Source: the human T2T-CHM13v2.0 reference genome, Homo sapiens. Taken from it: a stretch of 64,000 bases of DNA. A program made the position numbers and the translations under genes. Location: assembly GCF_009914755.1 (NCBI RefSeq), contig NC_060934.1. One strand, 5' to 3'. The number at the start of each line of letters is the position of its first letter. Position 1 is the first letter of the stretch. Shown here piece after piece: positions 13,896 to 31,061 of the stretch. Below the pieces are notes generated by a model that made no database searches, was not told the origin of the DNA, and was given only the letters and a program-made list of their open reading frames with translations.

Positions 13896-14585
13896 CCAGA
13901 TAAACATAAACTGAGTCATATGTCACCAACAGATATTGTCTATAAGAAATTCTAAAAGCATCTTTTAAGCTGAATTGAAGGAACAGTAGACAGTAACTCA
14001 AATCCACATGAAAAATAAACACTATTAGTAAAGGTAAGTGTATTGGTAAATATAATAAATGTTATGATGTATTTTTGTTTGTTTCTTCTGATTTAAAAGA
14101 CAGTTGAATACAGAAAAGATATAATTATGTGCAGATGGATTTCTAATTTATGAAGATGTAATTTGTATGACAGGAATAGTACCAAAAAAAAGGAGGGAAT
14201 AAAGCTATACTGAAGAAAATTATTTGTATGCAATTGAAATTAACTTTAGTATTTCAATTTAAATTGTTTTAGGTATGAATTTATTTGAAATTTCTAATAT
14301 AAACACAATAAATGGAAAATTATAGTAAAGAAAAAGGCAAGGGAATTAAAATGGTACATTAGAAAATACATATTTGTTATAAGTAAAAAAAAAAAGAGGA
14401 ATGAAGAAGAAAACTATGAGAAAGTCAAAAGAATAAGGCAAAAATAATTCCAACCACACAAATAATATTACTTTTTAATGTATTAAAAATCAATCAAAAG
14501 TTAGAGATTGACAGATTTGATTTTTTTAAGTTCCACCAATATGCTATATAAAGGAAACACACCTTAGGTTAAGAAACAAAAAGCC

Positions 14586-14880
14586 GGACAGCCACGATAG
14601 CTCACACCTGTAATCCCAGCACTTTGGGAGGCTGAGGCAGGCAGATCGCTTGAGCTCAGGAGTTTGAGACCAGCCTGAGAAAGGTGGCAAAACCCCATTT
14701 CTACAAAAAAATACAAAAATTAGCCAGGAGTGGTGGTGTGTGCCTGTAGTCCCAGCTACTTGGGCAGCTGAGGTGGGAGGATCACTTCAGCTAGGGACAT
14801 GGAGGCTGCAGTGAGCTGAGATCGTGTCACTGCACTCCAGCCTGGGTGACAGAGAGAGACCCTGTCTTAAAAAACAAACA
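14586..14880 (+). mobile_element. AluJ (Jb-like)
   Basis: GCTCACACCTGTAATCCCAGCAC..GATCGCTTGAGCTCAGGAG..GAGGCTGCAGTGAGC..GACCCTGTCT plus A-rich tail. Confidence 0.93.
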
Positions 14881-15837
14881 TTTGAAGTTGTTTGTTTGAA
14901 AAACAAACAAACAAAAAAGGATTTGAAGTCAATGGGTGGAAAATAAAATTTAAAACATAAAATAAAAATGGCAACCTATTAGGATAGTTACTTCAGTTTG
15001 TAAGAGAACTGAATGAAGTATATATGTTAATAACAAACTACTGTGTAAGAAAAAAAATGATTCCAGAGACAAAGCAGACATTTTATAATGATTAAAAAGT
15101 CACTACATCCATAAGATATAGAAATTATAAGCAAATAAAAACCTAACTAAAGAGCCCTTAAATGCATTATGCAGAAACTGCCTGAATTAAAGAGATTATG
15201 AGAAATACAAAATTTAGCAATAATAGTTGGAGACTTCAACATCTGCTTTCAATAATAATCAAAATTACTAGGCAAAAGATAAACAGGGACCTAGATGACT
15301 TGAACAACAAGACCAATGAGACCTAACAGTCATAGAAAAATTTACCCAATAGCAGTAGAATAAATATTCATCTCAATGGCACATGAAACATGATCCAGAA
15401 TACACAATATGATAGGCCATAAAAGAACCTCAATAAATTTAAAAAAATAGAAATTATATGTATTTATTCTCTGACCATGTTACAATGAGGTTAAAAATCA
15501 ATAACGAGAAAATTTGGAATAGTCACAAATATGTGAAAATTAAACAACACATTTCTAAATAACTAATAACTCAAAGAAGAAATCAAAGAGAAATTAGAAA
15601 AATAGTTCAAGATAAATGAAAATTAAGACACTACATAATAAAATTTATGAAATGCTGCAACATCACTGCTTGGGGGAAAGTTATAGTGGTAAATGCCTAT
15701 ATTAAAAAAAGATTTAGATAACACAGTTTTCCACCTTAAAAAATTAAGAAGAGAAGTGAAACTCACAGAAATTGAAAGAAATGATAACTAAAGCTGAAAT
15801 AAATACAGTGCAAGCTCCCCCTCTTCCTTTTATAGCA

Positions 15838-15890
15838 CCTTAAACTTTCCAGGTGATTCCAGTGTGTACACAGCATGATGAACCATTTGC
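15838..15890. mobile_element. Possible MER5A (hAT-Charlie MITE) end fragment
   Basis: TTAAACTTTCCAGGTGATTCCAGTG..TGAACCATT resembles the MER5A terminus; a similar remnant lies at ~38860-38935. Confidence 0.4.
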
Positions 15891-17177
15891 TATACAAGAC
15901 CTATCCTGTGAATAAGGTTAACCCTAACTATTCAAAGCCCATGGGCCAAAAGCCTACTCAGAGAAGGATGATCATTTGGGAAAAAAAAAAAAGTTATGCT
16001 ACCATTTTACCACATTAAAAGTTGAATATAAAAATACTGTATATCTACTGTTTTAAGGTGAACAAATTTTGACTCCTTCTTCTTGGTATACATATGCAAA
16101 ATGGTGGAATATGGAATATGGAATATGCAAAATGGTGCATATTCCACCATTTTGGGGGCATGGGAACGGTAAGATCTCCCACAGACTCTTACGGATAAAT
16201 GGTTCAAGAAATCAAATAGCCAGAGTTGAGCTTGAGCCCGGAAAACAAATTGGTGTCACATTTGACTTGCTCTCAAGAAGTTACAGTCTTTATACTTGAC
16301 ATTAGATGATGAAAAATACTTTGCTACAAGTTATGCCTGATGAATTGTCTTCTCTCACAGAATTGTCTGTGAATTCACATCATCCTCATTTTCTCTTCAA
16401 TAAGGATACATTTGTAATATCAACCAATGTGTTTTTATGAAGCAAATGTCATTCTCAGCTTCATGATCAAATACATTAAGACATCAACCCCATGCCCAAG
16501 CATAATAGCATGTCACAGCAAAATGAAGCAGAATGAAAAAAAAAAATGTTTAGCCTTAAAATAAGATAGAGAGACCTGCTTGCATTTTTCAGGAAGAAGG
16601 AACACTAGCAAAGTTCTGCACCACGAGTAATGAATATTTTTTGGCTTTAGAAAGAGGCTTCAGATTTATTTTAACACACATTTAACTTCGCCAACATCTT
16701 TACCAGCTCTGACAGGTAGCTCAGCAGAGTTGACGAACTCTCTGTACTTACTCTCAGAGTAAGAGGGTGACGAGGAACTTCACAGATTCGCACAACCATG
16801 TGATCCTTTAATCTTTTCTCCTTACTGTGCTTTGACCTCTTCACCAAAGAATGTATAAAGGGGAAATAAAACTGTACCAGAGGGAACCTCAATGCAGAGC
16901 TTTTCCATCCCATAAAAATGCATGGAACAAAATATACAGTAAATGCTTAAACTGTGAGAATCAGAATAACTGAAGGTGAAGTCATGGCAGAGGTGATTTA
17001 GATTCACTGAGTTGACTAATGAAAAAAATGTAAAACAAAAAAATGAAGGCAATGACTCAAAGTTACAAGTATTTATCACTTTGCCAATTTGTTTGTGGAA
17101 GACAGTAGGCTCTCCTCCCAACTCCAAGTTAGCACAAATCAAAGACTGACCCTGAGGAATGTTGCACACAACCATTT

Positions 17178-17193
17178 GAAAAAGAAAAAAGAG

Positions 17194-17224
<31 letters not shown>

Positions 17225-17283
17225 AAGAAAGGAAGGAAAGGAAAGGAAAGGAAAGGAAAGGAAAGGAAAGGAAAGGAAAGGAG
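17178..17283 (+). repeat. Compound polypurine STR: (GAAA)n(GA)n(GGAAA)n
   Basis: ~100 nt of A and G only, including about 9 GGAAA units; the source of the KERKG peptide in the ORF track. Confidence 0.95.
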
Positions 17284-17654
17284 TTTTTTTAAAAAAGGAA
17301 AAAACCACCTTCTAAATAAAATTGAAAGATTAAAAAGAATAGACCTCTCTCAGTCTTGGTACTCTGTCAGCCTTGGTAATCTGACTGCAGTGATGACTAT
17401 CTATTCCTTGTTCTAGGCATAGAATTAGAGAATAAAGATGTTGTAACAGAGAGGATTATGGGATGACTCTTCTCAAGAACCACGGTTACTGTTTATGAGA
17501 CAAAATGTCCAAGTGGCTGTGGTCTCAGGCCTGGTAAGCACAGACTCAGAGACTTGCCACTTGAAAGAAAAATTAACAAATAAATGCCTGTAAAATTAGC
17601 AGCCAGGGCACTGGGAGAGGCACAAGTGTCAAGTCTATGCAAATGGGTGGTTTT

Positions 17655-19307
<1,653 letters not shown>

Positions 19308-19616
19308 TAGAAAGTTAAATTATTATGTGTCCAAAGGTGACATATATGATGATAATATGAAATAACAATATGAAATACATTAAAATATTTTTTCAATGAA
19401 GAAAAAATGGGAATTATGTGAATTTTAAAAATATAAATTTCTTGACAAAAATAAGTGGACATTTAACCTTTTCTTCCCCTTTTGTTTATATCTAGCACCC
19501 AGATGAGTGCATCATAATAAGGAACTCTCAATCATATTGTATAATCAAGTGTTTTCTAAACATAACACAGTGTTCTAAGACTGCTTTCATAACTGTTAGC
19601 ACATTCATTTACCACC

Positions 19617-20061
19617 TGTTGCAGTCTATTTAGTGTTGCCATAAAAGCATACCTAAGGCTGGGTAATTTATAAAGAAAAGAGGTTTACTTGGCTCACAGT
19701 TCTGCAGGCTGTGCAGGAAGCATGGTGCTAGCATCTGCTCAGCTTCTGATGAGGGCCTCAGGCTGCTTCTACTCACAGAGGAAAGTGAAGGAGAGCCAGT
19801 GTGTGCAGAGATCACATGGCAGGAGAGAAAGCAAGTGAGGAGTTCACTGGGCCTTTATAACAACCAGCTCTCACAGGAACTAATAAAATGAGAACTTGCT
19901 AACTCTCCTACCTCCATAAGAGAGGGTATTAACTTATGCATGAGGAATCCACTTCCATGACACAAACCTCCCATTAGGCCCTCTCATTAGACCTCACATC
20001 CGACACTGGGGATGAAATTTAAACCTGAGATTTGGAGGGGGCAAACTTCCAAGCTATAACA
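19617..20061 (-). mobile_element. MSTB-type MaLR solo LTR
   Basis: GGCTGGGTAATTTATAAAGAAAAGAGGTTT..GCATGGTGCTAGCATCTGCTCAGCTTCTGATGAGGGCCTCAGG; perfect TSD CCACC at 19612-19616 and 20062-20066. Confidence 0.92.
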
Positions 20062-20749
20062 CCACCTCAATATTCTTTGTTAAATTGCTTAAAAATATCC
20101 CTGATTCATAACTTAGAGGTGTGTTATTCAGGATGTCATGAGTTTGATGCTCTATTTATGCTTTCTAAGTTTTTATTTATTTTTCCTAAATTCATGTACT
20201 TACTTGAATATATCTACACCAGCTATCATTTCCTTGTGGGTTTCATTGTTGACCCACTCTTTGCACTGGGAAAACACCACTCTTGTGTTTCCATTTGTGT
20301 TGTGTCTTAAAGCTCTAGCATTATGCTCCCAAAATAAGAATACAATAAGATGGTGTTGATTGACTTTCTGGATTACTTCCGGTGCTACCCCTTATCCTTG
20401 CTCTAACTTTGGTTCTGCCTAGTCAGGCCAAATTCCACACCACTAACTTTATAGTCAGACTCTTTCTCTCTACCCACCCTTATGGGCTGATGTCTCCACT
20501 GAGCAATTTACCTGAATTTGTATTTGCCACATCTCATCTTGACTGTGAGCTCCAACTACTCATTTTACTCCTCGACCTTGCTCATCATGGCAGTGCAAAT
20601 GGGAGTGAGATACATATGGCTCACAATACAGCACGAACTATGAAAGCCATCTGGGCACTCACACTTGCTGGCAGCCAGAGACAGGGCTTGAAAATAAGAC
20701 TTAAGTTTAAGAGAGTGATTTTCAGAAAGATGCCTAACTCAAGGATTGG

Positions 20750-20900
20750 ATTTAGCATCTGAAAAGATGAAGGTATCAGCACTTGCTTGATAGGGTTGAT
20801 GTGAGATTGAGCAACTGAGCAAATGTGCTAACGTACTTATTACAGTGCTAGTTATAGGGAAAAATAAACAATAAATAATAACAGTATGTGCTGTTATTAC
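20750..20900 (+). mobile_element. MIR fragment
   Basis: CATCTGAAAAGATG..ATAGGGTTGATGTGAGATT..ACAGTGCT..AATAAAT follows the order of the MIR 3' half. Confidence 0.6.
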
Positions 20901-22011
20901 TAAGATGTTAACTGTATTTAATATTACTCTTATACCTGTATTTAGATTACTCTTATAACAGAGTGACTAAACGAATCCTAGATAGTCTTTATATTAATGC
21001 TTTCTGGAATACCTAAAGGTGTTACCTGCTGGCTTGCCCCATCCTGCCTTCTGATCATATTTGGGGTTTACATTTGTTGGTTATGGCTGGAGACAGAAGT
21101 TTTTTGTTTGTATTGTAATAAAAAGGCAGTCCTTTTTATTAAAATCTGGAAGAACACAGTACGAACAATAAAGGAAGAAGCAGTTTTTAGAATTTTTTTT
21201 TTTATTATTCTGAGCTAAACTTGCTTAACAGATACCTGCAACTCAGGAAATACAGCCAGTATCTGCCTGAAGAGATACCACCGAGTAAATGAGGAACCAG
21301 ATCCTACTGACAAAGGAAGACTTTGGAGATGACAAAGACAGAATTGGGTCTGTCAGAGCAGCATGCATGGTGAACACTAAGAATCTGAGCACTAAAAGGC
21401 TACCGAGAGAAGGAATTAAGATCTTCCTGAAAACACCTGTTTTTCCTCCCACACTGTGCTCACATAATTCAAAGCATTGATTCTTATCTCACTCATTTGT
21501 ATCTATTACTTCTTATTATCTGTGTTGTCAGGATTTTGAGGACTTTGATAATTCTTTGGCTTTTAGGTCGTTTTGCTCTTCTTACACCTAATAAACTATG
21601 GGTCATTTTTACCCTCATGTTATACCTTCTCAGAGCAGTGCATGTCCTAGTGTACTGTGGTCTGGGGAAGGAGAGGAACATGAAGCTGATAAATGTTAAG
21701 ATCAGAGAGTCCTGCAAAGTAAGTAGGCAGAATGGACAGATATTATTCTAGTGTGATCAGGTAAAAGGATAATTCCTTCAAATTGAAATCATTACAGTCT
21801 TAGAGAATTTGCATGCGAATTTGTTCGTGAATGAGAAACTGCAAGAGAGTAGATAAGCAACACTGTGTGTTATCTGTTTTTGTAATTTAGACTGGCATAT
21901 ATAGAGGCAGAACAGAATGCAGGTAATCAAGGGAGTAAGTATTTAGCAGATAAAATGAATCATCTGACTGTTACTAGAGGTTGAGGTCCCCAAAAAGGCT
22001 TGAAAAGAAAA

Positions 22012-22235
22012 GAATAGTAGAATGAAAAGAGTCTCTGAAATCAATAGATCTAGGTTTGTATTACTGTCTGCCATTTCCTAGGTGTGAAACAAGAAGCCAA
22101 TTTAGTTGTGTTTCTGAGCCATGGTTTCTTCATCAGCAAAATGTGGTTAGTATTAATATCCAAATTGAAGGTCAAAGAATGAAATATTTGTAGAAGTGCT
22201 TCATAAACTACAAACACTAGGTACATAGTAGAGAT
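22012..22235 (+). mobile_element. MIR/MIR3 fragment
   Basis: AGATCTAGGTTTG..TCTGCCATTTCCTAG..TCTGAGCCATGGTTTCTTCATCAGCAAAATG. Confidence 0.6.
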
Positions 22236-22645
22236 AGTTTATAAAATAACAGTTTTGTTGTTGTTGCTGTTGAAATTTTGGAGAGGTTTATGGTTTTGAT
22301 GATGTCAACAAAGAAAGCCCCAATGTAGCAATGCTCCTATTCACACTTTTTTAAGTTAGGCAACACTTTTGTAATAATTTTCAAGGAGGATATATAAACA
22401 AAAACAAAAGCAAACAAGAAAACCAATCTTAGTAAAATTGCCATAAACTTAGAATGGGAAAAAAATCTGTATGGAGGTGGAAGCTTTGCTTTTGGTCAAC
22501 AAAGATGATATTTAGACATTTCAAGATATGATGAATAAACAAGCAATTTTACCACGAAATTTTAGTAAGACCTACTGTTCTGTTTTCAGGGAATTTTCCT
22601 TTTGTTCACAGTATAAGGAGCAGACCAAGAATAAGACCACAGATT

Positions 22646-22960
22646 GCCCAGGAGTGGTGGCTCACGTCAGTAATCCAAGCAGTTTGGGTAGCCAAGGTGG
22701 GAGGGTTGCTTGGGCCCAGGAATTTGAGACCAGCCTGGGTAACACAGTGAGAAGCTGTCTCTAAAAAAATAAAAATAACAGAATTTGCTGGGCATGGTGG
22801 TGCACACCTTTAGCCCCATCTACTTGGAGGCTGAAATGGGAGAACGGCTTGAGCCTGGGAGGTCAAGGCTGCAGGAAGCCATGATCATGCCAATGCACTC
22901 CAGCCTGGGTGCCAGAGTAAAAGACCCTGTCTCAAAAAAAAATAAAAATAAAAATAAAAA
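22646..22960 (+). mobile_element. AluJ (Jo-like)
   Basis: Full dimer with GGTCAAGGCTGCAG and GCCATGATCATGCC; (AAAAAT)n tail; TSD core ACCACAGAT at 22636-22644 and 22964-22972. Confidence 0.93.
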
Positions 22961-24269
22961 AGTACCACAGATCCTGCCACACCAAAGTCAGAATTTTACC
23001 TATGGGATCAAAGTAGGTATTTGAAGGAAAGCTTCCTAAATATCACCTACTTTTCTTTTGTTCTAGTTCCTGATTAATTTTGTCAAAGAACATAAGTGAA
23101 ACTTGCTGACTAATACAACTGATTTCAGCTGAAGTTAAAAATATTCAGTCTAGAGAAACTTGGATTTTCTGTTTAAAGTTTTTATAGTGATTATTTTCTT
23201 TATTCCAGTTTAGCTGGAGCTGGGGACTTTTTGGTAGCCCATCATGGAATTATTTTTTCCAGCTGATTTTAAATAAATCAGGTGATTGGTCTCTTATAAT
23301 TCCAGGTGGGAAACCATTCACTAAGATGAGGGAGTTATATGTCAGGCAATCTTTCTTGTTATATTATAGCTGGATTCAATTTCTTGATACAAACTCTCCT
23401 TTACTCAATTTATTTCCATAAATAAATTAAAACTAAATTTAAAAAAGAAAAATATTGATTTGGAGGTGGAACTGTTTATCGCCAGTAGGAAAGTTTAGAA
23501 GTAGGAAGTGCCAGGGTATGTTTTAAAAAGTAAAACAAAAGGAATATTGAAGAAAATATGACCGTGAATATGAATAAGAATAGATCTGAGGAGGCAGCAA
23601 TGATCCAGAAGCGATAGCAGATTTTCTCCCTTATTCAGGGCTCTCTCAGCTGAAATGTGTCTTTAGACATTGATTTTGGTAATTGCTATCACGTTCGTAA
23701 ATTCTCAGCCAGCTTACTTAAAATTGATCCATATAAAAAAATCCCATTGCTATCCTTTTAAACTGTATAAACAAAGTTTGAACAAGATCCCAGAAGTGGG
23801 GCAATTGGGGAGGTGGCTGGAGAAAGTGGTCTGACTCTCCTCCACATGGTACAGAGTTGTTACTTTGCTGCAGAAAGAAACCTATTCATCCCCTACCCCT
23901 AATTCCCGAGATCACAGCTTTAAGGCTATTAGTTTCCAAACCCTGAATCCTCAGAGCAATGATTTCTCAACCTCACAACAAGTGGGCAGACAGGCAGCTC
24001 AAAAGAGGACTCTGCAAATCTCCAAAGAAGAAAGAGAACAAAATGTTTCCCCATTCTACATGTCAGGGTAGTCAACAGCAAAGATTCCAGATGGATGTTG
24101 CAAGTTAAATAACAGCAACAGATGCAATTCTAAGGTTCTTTGGGAAACGAACTGAAAAGAAGAGAAACGTTAACGTATTACTTCCTTCATGCCACCTAAA
24201 AGTAGTCACATTTCATAATTCTCAAACTATCTACAGTTACTAGACCCATGAACAAATTCTAGCTCTGTT

Positions 24270-24835
24270 TAACACACTTCAAGGGCTTACAGTGCTCTTG
24301 AGATAAAATACAGAAACCTTAACATGATAAACCACAGCCCACCTGATCTGGCTCTTGTTCATCTCTCCAGCCTCCTTTGGGCTTGTCCTACCTGCATTCT
24401 GTCCACATGGGCCATCATTCATGTTCTCATATGTGTCCACATACATACAATATGTGGTCTTCATGGTTCAAGGGACTTCATATTCTTTAATTTCCTTAAA
24501 TTTTACTACCCTGCTCTCCCTAATTTTGCTAATTAACTCCTACTCACTTGCTAGATCCTAGTATATATATATATATTTTTTTATTTTCCAGGAAACACTT
24601 CCTGTCCACCTCCATTCCTAGACTAAGTTAGTTCTCCTTTCTCATCCTCAAACTTTCTCTTCATGGCAGTTTTAATTAAACACATATTCACACAAGTAAA
24701 TATGTCTTCCCAACTAAAGTGTAAACTCTAAAAGAACAGGAAGATTGTCTCTTTTGTGCACTGTTGTATCTCTGGAACTCAGAGCAGTGAGTGGTATGCA
24801 GTGCTTATGCTACATATTTTTGTTGAATAAATGAC
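24270..24835 (+). mobile_element. L2 3' fragment
   Basis: TGATCTGGCTCTTGTTCATCTCTCCAGCCTC..TGTAAACTC..GTGCACTGTTGTATCTC..TTGTTGAATAAATGA (L2 tail). Confidence 0.7.
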
Positions 24836-24990
24836 TCGTATGTTGCTTAAAACAGGCACATCATATCAACATGTGAGGCACTGGGAATGACTAAATGGAA
24901 ACTACTCAAATTCAGAGATCTCTATGTAGCTTTACTAAACATTTGGTCTATTACCACTTACCTCCGTAACGTAAATTTTTAAAAAAAAAT

Positions 24991-25527
24991 TCAATTGAAA
25001 ACTAATTTTTGCACTTCTTTAATCAATAAAAATGTTCTAAGGGTCTTACAAGTGCCTTCTAATAAATTCCAAATTTTGGTGGTTCTAAGATGGCTGAATA
25101 GGAACAGCTCCAGTCTATAGCTCCCAGCATGAGCGACGCAGAAGACCGGTGATTTCTGCATTTCCAGCTCAGGTACTGGGTTCATCTCACTGGTGCTTGT
25201 TGGAGAGTGGGTGCAGGACAGTGGGTGCAGCCCACTGAGCATGAGCCGAAGCAGGGCAAGGCATCGCCAGACCCGGGAAGTGCAAGGGGTTAGGAAATTC
25301 CCTTTCCTAGCCAAGGGAAGTTGTGACAGATGGCACTGGGAAAATTGGGTCACTCCCACCCTAATATTGCACTTTTCCAATGGTCTTAGCAAATGGCACA
25401 CCAGGAGATTATATCCCGCACCTGGCTTAGAGGGTCCTACGCCCATGGAGCCTCGCTCATTGCTAGCACAGCAGTCTGAGATTGAACTGCAAGGCAGCAG
25501 TGAGGCTGGGGGAGGGGAGCCCACCAT
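24991..25527 (-). CDS. ORF0: L1 ORF0-like antisense ORF, extended to 178 aa and ending in flanking DNA (putative; expression unknown)
   Basis: ATG at 25527 in context GCAATGG. MVGSPPPASLLPCSSISDCCASNERGSMGVGPSKPGAGY matches the ORF0 N-terminus. No stop until 24991. Confidence 0.35.
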   Translation of the reverse strand: MVGSPPPASLLPCSSISDCCASNERGSMGVGPSKPGAGYNLLVCHLLRPLEKCNIRVGVTQFSQCHLSQLPLARKGNFLTPCTSRVWRCLALLRLMLSGLHPLSCTHSPTSTSEMNPVPELEMQKSPVFCVAHAGSYRLELFLFSHLRTTKIWNLLEGTCKTLRTFLLIKEVQKLVFN

Positions 25528-25845
25528 TGCTGAGGCTTGAGTAGGTAAACAAAGCGGTCTGGAAGCTTGAACTGGGTGGAGCCCATCGCAGCTCAAGGAG
25601 GCCTGCCTGCATCTGTAGACTCCACCTCTGGGAGGAGAGCATAGCCGAACAAAAGGCAGCAGAAACCTCTGCAGACTTAAATGTCCCTGTCTGACAGCTT
25701 TGAAGAGAGTAGAGGTTCTTCCAACACAGAGTTTAAGATCTGAGAATGGACAGACTGCCTCCTCAAGTGGGTCCCTCACCCCTGAGTACCCTAACTGAGA
25801 GACACCCCCCAGTAGGGGCAGACTGACATCTCACACGGCAGGGTA

Positions 25846-25974
25846 CCCCTCTGAGATGAAGCTTACAGAGGAACAATCAGGCAGCAACATTTGCTGTTCA
25901 GCAATATTCACTGTTCTGTAGCCTCCGCTGCTGATACCCAGGCAAACAGGGTCTGGAGTGGACCTCCAGCAAAC
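25846..25974 (+). promoter_or_regulatory. ~129-bp L1 5' UTR segment carrying the ZNF93 repressor site (deleted in L1PA2/L1HS)
   Basis: Segment lies between GGGTA and TCCAACAGACCTGCAGC, which are adjacent in the youngest L1s; it contains GCCTCCGCTGCTGAT. Confidence 0.75.
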
Positions 25975-26098
25975 TCCAACAGACCTGCAGCTGAGGGTCC
26001 TGTTAGAAGGAAAACTAACAAACAGAAAGGACATCCACACCAAAACCCCATCTGTACGTCACCATCATCAAAGACCAAAGGTAGATAAAACCACAAAG

Positions 26099-27112
26099 AC
26101 GGGGAAAAAACAGAGCAGAAAAGCTAAAAATTCTAAAAATCAGAGCGCCCCTCCCCCTCCAAAGGAATGCAGCTCCTCCCCAGCAACAGAACAAAGCTGG
26201 ACAGAGAACAACTTTGACAAGTTGAGAGAAGGCTTCAGATGATCAAACTTCTCTGAGGTAAAGGAGGAAGTTTGAACCCATCACAAAGAAGCTAAAAACT
26301 TTGAAAAAAGATTAGACTAATGGCTTACTAGAATAAACAGTGTAGAGAAGTCCTTAAATGACCTGATGGAGCTGAAAACCATGGCACGAGTACTACGTGA
26401 TGCATGCACAAGCTTCAGTAGCTGATTCGATCAACTGGAAGAAAGGGTATCAGTGATTGAAGATCAAATTAATGAAATGAAGCAAGAAGAGAAGATCAGA
26501 GAAAAAAGAGTAAAAAGAAATGGACAAAGCCTCCAAGAAATGTGGGACTATATGAAAAGACGAAATCTACGTCTGATTGGTGTACCTGAAAATGATGGGG
26601 AGAATGGAACCAAGTTGGAAAATACTCTGCAGGATATTATCCAGGAGAACTTCCCCAACCTAGCAAGGCAGGCCATCATTCAAATTCAGGAAATACAGAG
26701 AATGCCACAAAGATACTCCTCGAGAAGAGCAACTCCAAGACACATAATTGTCAGATTCACCAAAGTTGAAATGAAGGAAAAAATGTTAAGGGCAGCCAGA
26801 GACAAAAGTTGGGTTACCCCCAAAGGGAAGCCCATCAGACAAACAGAGGATCTCTCAGCAGAAACTCTACAAGCCAGAAGAGAGTGGGGGCCAATATCCA
26901 ACATTCTTAAAGAAAAGAATTTTCAACCCAGAGTTTCATATCCAACCAAACTAAGCTTCATAAGTGAAGGAGAAATAAAATCCTTTACAGACAAGCAAAT
27001 GCTGAGAGATTTTGTCACCACCAGGCCTACCCTACAAGAGCTCCTGAAGGAAGCACTAAACATGGAAAGGAACAACCGGTACCAGCCACTGCAAAAACAT
27101 GCCAAATTGTAA
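26099..27112 (+). pseudogene. ORF1: L1 ORF1p pseudogene
   Basis: Start codon is ACG (CACAAAG-ACG-GGGAAAAAA), with several early stops; intact C-terminal 219 aa (NLRLIGVPE..ARREWG..QPLQKHAKL). Confidence 0.95.
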
Positions 27113-27175
27113 AGACCATCAATGCTAGGAAGAAACTGCATCAACTAATGAGCAAAATAACCAGCTAACATCATA

Positions 27176-30985
<3,810 letters not shown>

Positions 30986-31026
30986 ACAATGAGGACACTT
31001 GGACACAGGAAGGGGAACATCACACA

Positions 31027-31061
31027 GGGGGCCTGTCGTGGGGTGTGGGCAGGGGGGAGGG
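31027..31061 (+). other. G-quadruplex-capable polypurine tract of the L1 3' UTR
   Basis: GGGGG..GGGG..GGG..GGGGGG..GGG with short loops. Confidence 0.6.

Larger units (their letters stand above)
12510..15805 (+). mobile_element. Ancient L1M (MC/MD/ME-age) ORF1 to ORF2-endonuclease fragment, interrupted by an LTR and an Alu
   Basis: A-rich sense strand. ORF1-like GAGACATCATCATCAAATTGCTC and GGCCAGAAGGCAGTGGGATGAC. Endonuclease motifs ATAGTTGGAGACTTCAAC (IVGDFN) and TCTGACCAT (SDH). Confidence 0.8.

Noticed and set aside
17089-17292. Lys/Glu/Arg-rich ORF
   Set aside because: Translation of a purine microsatellite
20382-21751. Cluster of 60-126-aa ORFs in unique DNA, including a signal-peptide-like start at 20382
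   Set aside because: The 20382 ORF starts at GTG, and I recognise no domain or consistent exon structure; these lengths are expected by chance. An unannotated lncRNA exon cannot be excluded.
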